64,000 nt of DNA from Eukaryota sp. TZLM1-RC (lineage: Eukaryota > Protista > Metamonada: BaSk clade): positions 458,501 to 522,500 of the forward strand of contig JAUPSS010000007.1 in NCBI GenBank assembly GCA_040285825.1, read 5' to 3'. Shown one piece after another: positions 57,447 to 64,000 of the stretch (position 1 is the stretch's first letter; each line of letters begins with the position of its first letter). Below the pieces are notes generated by a model. That model saw nothing but the letters and a program-made list of their open reading frames with translations, was not told the origin of the DNA and did no database searches. The translations under genes and the position numbers were made by a program.

Positions 57447-58602
57447 AAAACATACATGTTGTGTGATCAACACCTCATCAAAAATCCAATAATAAACCAA
57501 TGATTTTTGTAAGTTTTCACAATTTAAGTTTCATTTTTCTTGTGTCCATAGCATCACCTGTAATGATAAAGAGAAGGGTATGGTCATGATTCGTGGCAAT
57601 AAATCCTCTTTGTCAACCACCGCACTTTCGCACGCAATCTCGATCCGTTGAGAAGACATTATGATAAACAAAGAAAACAATCAAGCTACTTTTAGCTTAA
57701 ATGACAAGTGATACAAACAATTCCTTCTGGTACTGTATTTGGTATAAGAATTAACAAAAAAACTCAATTGTAGATTAATAATAACGAAATACTGAACTCC
57801 AGTTCTTACACTCCAAATCACTCGTGCATGGAGACCTCAAGCTAGAGAAGATTCTTGTTGTCAATGGAAAAGTCAAATTAGCTGACTTTGGAACCTCCAG
57901 GACTATTGCAAAGACTTCCACGGCTACCAATCTTTCATGTACAGTACGATATGCTGCGTTAGAACAACTGGATAACAAAGTTTCTCTTGCCTCTGACATC
58001 TATGCTATTGGTACTGTCCTGTATAAAGTGATGTGTAATTAAAGACTAATTGAAGCAGTGTCTCATAATGGGCTTTGAGTGAACAACTTCCTGGTACTTT
58101 GGAAGATAAAAGGAAGAGTGAAGAAGAGTAAATGAGTGTTTCGGTGGCCAATAAATGAGCATCTGGTTTGCAATAACCTTACATCCCTCTGCTGAAAAAA
58201 GCGAGCAAGGAGCAACAGCACACATGGGGCAGTTATTTCATTGAAGCAAAATGTGGACAAGACATTGAGGATGTTACTGGGAGTTTTAGAAACAACGGCA
58301 AAACGAGATAAACAGTGGCAACGTGTGACATATTGGCCGACCTGGGACAGCTTGTCAGAAGTCTAACAAAGGACACGCCTCTGTTACACTGTGTGACATT
58401 TGAAGAGCAGGTGAATCATCAGAGATGAAAACTTAATCTAGTTGAAACATAAGAGAGCATGGCGTACTACGACAGTGGTGGGGCAAACGGTGGCAGTTGT
58501 AAGATTTCATCGGTACAATGAGATGCATCAGAGGTGCTGATATTAAAGGTGAGGCATCAAAGGGCAATTGACGTGGTGTTGATCACACAACATGTAAGTT
58601 TT
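57447..58602. repeat. 28-bp inverted-repeat-bounded cassette, unit C
   Basis: IR at 57447-57474 (1 mismatch) and 58575-58602. Confidence 0.75.
57792..58042 (+). pseudogene. Kinase catalytic-domain fragment, unit C
   Basis: HGDLKLEKIL..DFGTSR..RYAALEQL..SDIYAIGTVLY. Confidence 0.75.
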
Positions 58603-59934
58603 GCAGGAAGCATCCTCTTTGTAAGGAGGAACAAAGGCTAAAGTGTGGAAATTGGGCAGAGTGTCATGATGACGTGGCAAAAGCTGTATTTCGATGATTA
58701 TAAGGCTATATACAAAGCGGTCACATAACGAACAGACGAAAATCAACAGCATAATATTCCACCTCACCAAACCAGAACAACTAGATGCAATTTTCTCATA
58801 TAGTGGTATAAGAAGACTTGGTGCATGAGAAATCATCTTCACCACAGATGTAACTCTGATGATCTTATTTACTATTGCCCAACCAGATACCATTATATGA
58901 CTTCACGATCTTCATGTGCTTCAATGGTGCATTTCTTCATCAAGATTTTCAAAGTAAGATTCATTTCCTAAGTGTACTACCGATGCGATAAACAACAGTT
59001 AATTCCCAGTAACAATTTCTAACAAAATCAAACAGGTTCCGGTTGACCTTGTACAGAATGATTTCAATAAGTCACATCCCAAATCTAAAGGTATTCGACG
59101 GCGAATTCATATAATAAAAATTATTTAATGCATGAGTATTTTAATAGAACATTTTTTAAACAATTCATCACCATAAAAAATTGCAATTAATAAAAAAATT
59201 AATTATGACGTTTCTATCTGTATCATTATTTTACGGAGACAAAAGAACAATAAAAATCACACTGCTGACAGAGAAAACGGAAACTTTATATCAAAACAAA
59301 TGAGGTCAAGCAAATATTTTTCATTTACTTGTTAACTCAACAAAATTAACTTAGCACTAATGGGGCGAATTTATAGAACAAAGATTTCTTCTACAAAATT
59401 TTGATCTGCTGAAGTGAATTCAATCATAAAATCTGGCGAATGATTACATTTTACAGTTGATTTTGTATTTACTTGAATTGATTAAATTTTTATATCTCTG
59501 AACATGCAATTAAAAAATATAGAAGTTTCCAAATTTAAACTAAATACTTGAGTCTTGGTGTAAGTGTGAGAGTACTGTTTTTGATTTTATTGTGCTCATT
59601 GATGAAATTGCGTGAGTGCTCAGTAGAGTGATCGTTTGAAATGTATCTAGTCTTGAATGTACAAGAGGTAATCATTTTGTGATCAAACTTTGTGTGAAAT
59701 TGTGTGTGAATAATGTTGGCCATGAATCATACTTGTTCAATAGGGCACATAAATACATTTGCAATTGATTTTGTATTTATTTGAATTTGGCAGAAGCTGT
59801 TTTAAATCATTGCCAAAAATGGATCAACTAAAAACTACAAAGGGATTTGAAATTTTTTATGGCGATTTTGAATCCAATATTCCACATTTATAAATTGATT
59901 CTGTTTTTCATGGAATTTTTTTACTTAACTTTTA

Positions 59935-60350
59935 TTTGAAATTTATTTTCAACGCTAACAAAACATTAAACAAAATACTAGAACTCATTATCCTCAATAC
60001 ACGCATCAACATCATCAAATCTTTTAAGCGCGCGATTTTCGTACTCTATTCTTAATTGTAACAGTGCTTTGGTCAACATTTCTGGAATTGCTTTAAGAAT
60101 ACTGAAAACAATTCTATTGTGCCAGAAATTGAAGTTCAATTCTTTTCCTGCTCTTTCTTTTATTAAACTTCTGAAACCTTCAAGAAATTTAATGCCAGAT
60201 ATTCCAACGTTACCAAAAAGAGAAACAGCAAATAGAACCAACTGAAACTTAACATGCTCAACACGTCCTAGCTGAGATAAGGGTTCATTGTACTTTTTGA
60301 TTTTACTCCTTCAAGCAATGCAAAGTGGAGTTTCATCTCTTTCAGCAAAG
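59935..60350 (-). mobile_element. 3' fragment of a family C REL non-LTR element
   Basis: KYNEPLSQLGRVEHVKFQLVLFAVSLFG..FWHNRIVF..DACIEDNEF*. Confidence 0.82.
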
Positions 60351-60351
60351 T

Positions 60352-60445
60352 CATCGAATTAAAGATGCTTTAGCGAGACAACAAACAGATCAAGGTTCTC
60401 TAGAAGAAATCTTGATTCTTTACTTATGAGCATATTTTTTTAATT
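60352..60445 (+). mobile_element. Decayed 3' stub of family D
   Basis: atcgaattaaagatgctttagcgagacaacaaacagatcaag resembles the family D 3' end. Confidence 0.55.
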
Positions 60446-60959
60446 TAGTGTTGAAATTTTGTGAACATTTAATTGAAACAGAAAATATTAAAGCAAAAAT
60501 TCAAAGTGTACAATTGAATGTTGAAAATTCAACAAACCTTTGCTGAAACTGTAAGAAAATAGATTTTAATACAATTTACTGAGACTCATTTGAAGTTCAT
60601 ATGAACAGTTTCTCTTCGATTTACAATACATAGCTTGAAAGTTTTATATTGAAGTGACTTTATCTCTATTTGGTTGAACAATAAAGACTTCATTTCTATC
60701 AATTGAGAACAGTCAAAAAACTGAGAGCAATTGAATAAACAGTGTAGATACAGTCTAAAAAACGTAAAATAACATACATATTATGATTTATTGATATTGA
60801 TTCATGTAAAATACTAATGTTTTATAAGGGGTTTCCAAATAAGTCTCCCTTTGTTAACGGTAGTGAAAGAGTCAGGACGACATCTTTGACAGAATTGTAC
60901 AGTAAATGTTTTAAATTGAATTGTCAACAATTATCATTTATTTAAATAAAAGTGCGTTA

Positions 60960-61437
60960 CAACACAACATACGTTTGAGATTTGGGTTCTATTCAATGAA
61001 CCTTTGAATAATACTGTTTGTATTTGTAACGAAAGACTGTCTGTTCCATTTCCGTCATATTGTTAGTTGTTAGAAGTTTCTTCAATATCAGTGAGTTCTT
61101 CATAATGCTGCTCCTGATGTGACAAATGAAATTATTTAAGGTTACATTTCATTTGTAAAGTAGAACCGTTGTTGAAGCATTAAAGCAATAATAATTTCTT
61201 TGATTCACGTCGAGGTGATTTAATTGCTTTTGTGGATTCCTCTCATGTTGTTGATTTTACTACAATTGATACCTTTGCTTTTATTTATCGTGATGATGTT
61301 TGAGTTAGTTCTAATGGTCACTCTAACAAGGCTGAGATTCGTAGACGGGACAAAAAAGCTGTGTTATTAACTGATTTAAATAAGAACCTTTATCTGAAGT
61401 TTTCGTTTTTTCCTTTTGCCATCTCGATTTTTGGCAA
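60960..61437 (+). mobile_element. Decayed family B REL non-LTR fragment
   Basis: Aligns by eye with 6135-6606 (gttcttcataa, ttcacgtcgag.tgatttaattgct, aaggctga, aataagaaccttta). Confidence 0.75.
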
Positions 61438-61439
61438 AT

Positions 61440-63480
61440 CAACTAGGTAGCAGGACCATTGAAAGGGCATCTGTTGCAACAATGACTTCAGATTGCTTTT
61501 AAATAGTCAAGAACATCAATATACTTTTAATTTAGATTTCAAAAAAGCTTTCAATTTCGTAAAGCGTAACTGTATTTATGAATTGCCTTTTCAAGAATTT
61601 CCTGAACTTTCAGCATGCTTTATTTATTTTATGGAAAAAAATTCGGTCTTGAGTACTGACTCCTTAAATCTTGAATCTTCCTCTGGTGTGAAAAAGGCTA
61701 CCCTCTGGGCACTTTGCTCTTTTTTTTGGCTATTCATAACATTAAGGAAATGGCCCAAACAAAATTCCCTGAATTGTGTATTGTTGTTTATGTGGATGAG
61801 ATTTCTATTATTGGTTCTTTTGAAAGCATTTATAGGTTTTTGTAGGAATTGTCACGAAATACAAAGAAATTGAATTAGCTTTAAACCCATATCAATGTCT
61901 CTTAATTGGTATAAAATAACTGTAATGATTGTTTGGTGCTCAGATTCCTTTTATCAATTATAACCAACAAGGGTTCAAAATTCTTGGATGTTGGCTTGGT
62001 AATTTGTTCGCGGTTTAACAATTTTTAGAAAAATTAGACAAGGATCTTAGTTTTATTGCTAATTGAGAAATTGAAAACAACATCAAAATTTTTGCTTTTA
62101 AGAATGTGTTATTTTGGAAGATTCGCTCATTTTTTATACACAACTACCCTTCGGAATCTCACAATTTTTGCAGATCTTTGTACAAACTTCGATTCTATTT
62201 TTTTCTTCTTTATTGGAAGTAAATGAGTCATTGATTTGAAGTCATGTATTGTGTTCTGCGGATTTCGGTGAAATTTGTTACACCAAATCCTCGATTTTGT
62301 GCAAAGCAGCTTTTTCAGGAGGAGGAAGAAGCTTCAAGTTTGAATTCCCCCTAAGGTTCCCTTATGATGTTCATCTGATCCATAGTGAATCACATTTTTA
62401 CTGTAATCAACTTCAATTTAAATTGGATCATTTGCCTACTGATATTCGGATTCAGTTTTGCCTCAGAATGTTCGAGAAATAATTCACCGATAACTCGCAA
62501 ATTTACGTTTTTGCCTAAAAAAGCCCCAGCACCATTTGGTTAAGATTGAAAGCTTGGATTATGAAGTAAAACTTGGCCTGGTCGAAACTGAAAATCCCGC
62601 TGTCGATAATGTTTTAAAGGACATTCGTGATATTTCTGCTGCTGCTGTAGTAGTAACTCAAATTCCCTTTGTTGATGGACTTTTGTTGCAATCAAAATGA
62701 ATGGCTTTTTAACATGCGTTTTCGTTGTTATATATGATCAAACAATTTGCCCAATCATTTAACATGTAAATGGGGTAAACCTCTTTTGTTTACTCTTCTT
62801 TTGAACTGTGAACATTTCATTACATTTAAAAGTAAAGTGCATTATATTGTCAGGGACCAAATTTATGTAATGTGTAAATTATATCGAGAAGAGTCCTTGA
62901 AGAGCCTTTGATATCAAATTTAATTCTTGATGACCCCAATTTTGATAGTACGCGCTGAAACAGAGTTTTTATGGGTCTGACAAGAGGTGATTTTGTGGTT
63001 GTCGGCTTAAATTGTGGTTTTACTGTTTTAAACGCCTTGTCCATTGACCCTTCTAATTCTTCTAACGAACATTTCATTAGTTCAAATGTCCACAAATCTG
63101 TTTTTGCTGGCAAAATATACAAAACTGCTAAATACGCAAAATCCATTTCCTCTGTAAATGAAAATTCTCCTGCTCAATATAATTTTCCCTTTGTTTTTTC
63201 TTTGCTTGCATCTATAGGTCAAGCTGCTATGGCCTTCTTCGAGAATTTTAATGTAGTTGTTGAGGGAAGAACTGGAAGAATTTTCAATCGTGTTTATTGG
63301 CAAAACAGAACTGTATTTTCTACTTTTGAGGGAATGGAGATATTAACTTCTCATTCACTCTCTTCATTTGGTAAATTTTCTGAATCTTTAGTAATTAATT
63401 GTTTTGATGTAGGAAATGCAAGTTTTGAGGATGTGAGCCTTTAGTTGTTTATTTGGTGATTTTTAATTCCTTATTCCATA
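61440..63480 (+). mobile_element. Long decayed REL non-LTR element related to family A, with RT remnants
   Basis: LDFKKAFNFVKR, SGVKKG, YVDEI and FKILG RT remnants; knuckle LLNCEHF..FKSKVH; TRGDFV..D..KTAKY REL; ends FEDVSL*. Many stops and frameshifts. Confidence 0.8.
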
Positions 63481-63534
63481 AATGAATAATTCCATTGAAA
63501 AAAACCAAAAAATTGTTTTACACTTATTACATTA

Positions 63535-63591
63535 TTCATTATATATTATTTATTATTTATTTATTATTTATATTTATTATTTATTATTATT
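63535..63591. repeat. AT-rich simple repeat (TTA/TTTA)n
   Basis: atatattatttattatttatttattatttatatttattatttattattat. Confidence 0.7.
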
Positions 63592-63699
63592 GGGAATTTT
63601 TTTGGTTCTTTTTGTCCTCCTTTTTAACAAAATTTCGTAAATATTTCCGAAGATTTAACTAATATAGCACCGAGAAATCAGTCATCCGAGAAATTAAGT

Positions 63700-64000
63700 G
63701 AAATATTTGAAGAAAAATGCTTTGACAACAAATGGTCCAAGGCTTTGTCAGCTTTAAGTCCCGGAGTTAAAGCACCCAACAATGAAAATACAATAGATCA
63801 ACTGAAAATACTTCATCCTTATGAAGACCCTATAATGGATCAAAATTTCTACAGCACATACTGGGAAAATTATCCATTGATGCCATCAGAAGTTTTTTCA
63901 AAGTGGTTATCAAAAAGAGACCTCGTGGTAAGTCTGCCGGACTTTCTGGTATTACTATTGATCATGTAAAAGCCGCGATTATTTTTTCAGAAGATTGCCT
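63700..64000 (+). mobile_element. Start of another non-LTR RT region (runs off the window), frameshifted
   Basis: APNNENTIDQLKILHP, then in another frame RGKSAGLSGITIDHVK, typical of the RT domain-0 region of CRE-like elements. Confidence 0.6.

Larger units (their letters stand above)
41935..59306. repeat. Tandem segmental duplication, ~2.6 copies of a ~5.5-kb unit (A ~41935-49360, B ~49361-55837, C ~55838-59306)
   Basis: Each unit repeats the same order: DFD kinase (-), IR cassette with kinase fragment, non-coding block and an old family D element (units A and B). The units differ by copy-specific TE insertions. Confidence 0.9.

Noticed and set aside
1-64000. CRISPR arrays, rRNA/tRNA genes, alternative genetic code, and the many short antisense ORFs in the track
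   Set aside because: No repeat-spacer array or recognisable structural RNA was seen. Conserved genes end in TAA, TAG and TGA and read without internal stops once introns are removed. The short ORFs are shadows of real genes or TEs.

Overview
AT-rich eukaryotic DNA, most likely from a flagellated protist. It carries a CFAP299 gene, tiny 31-37 nt GT-AG introns, and uses the standard code with TAA, TAG and TGA all as stops. Host genes: INO80 (5 exons), RPN11 (2 exons), CFAP299, an intronless 3992-aa RNF213/mysterin-like giant (CBM20 plus AAA+ core), an ATAD2/Yta7-like AAA ATPase (2 exons), and three tandem copies of an atypical DFD-motif Ser/Thr kinase in a ~5.5-kb segmental repeat (~41.9-59.3 kb). 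Intergenic space is full of mobile DNA. There are at least four families of CRE/R2-group (REL-endonuclease) non-LTR retrotransposons, mostly 5'-truncated, several with exact TSDs. There is also a full-length but disabled Ty3/Gypsy element (17993-23261) and a 1.49-kb non-autonomous LTR element (45529-47018). Three observations stand out: (i) the RNF213-like protein has a CBM20 at its extreme N-terminus and a non-canonical RZ-like Cys/His cluster; (ii) both LTR elements, though unrelated in LTR sequence, share a CA-ATAnnTAT-TGG palindromic hairpin at the 5'LTR/PBS junction instead of a recognisable tRNA PBS; (iii) four ~1.16-1.18-kb cassettes carry kinase fragments between 28-bp inverted repeats. 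All calls are by eye; no database searches were run.
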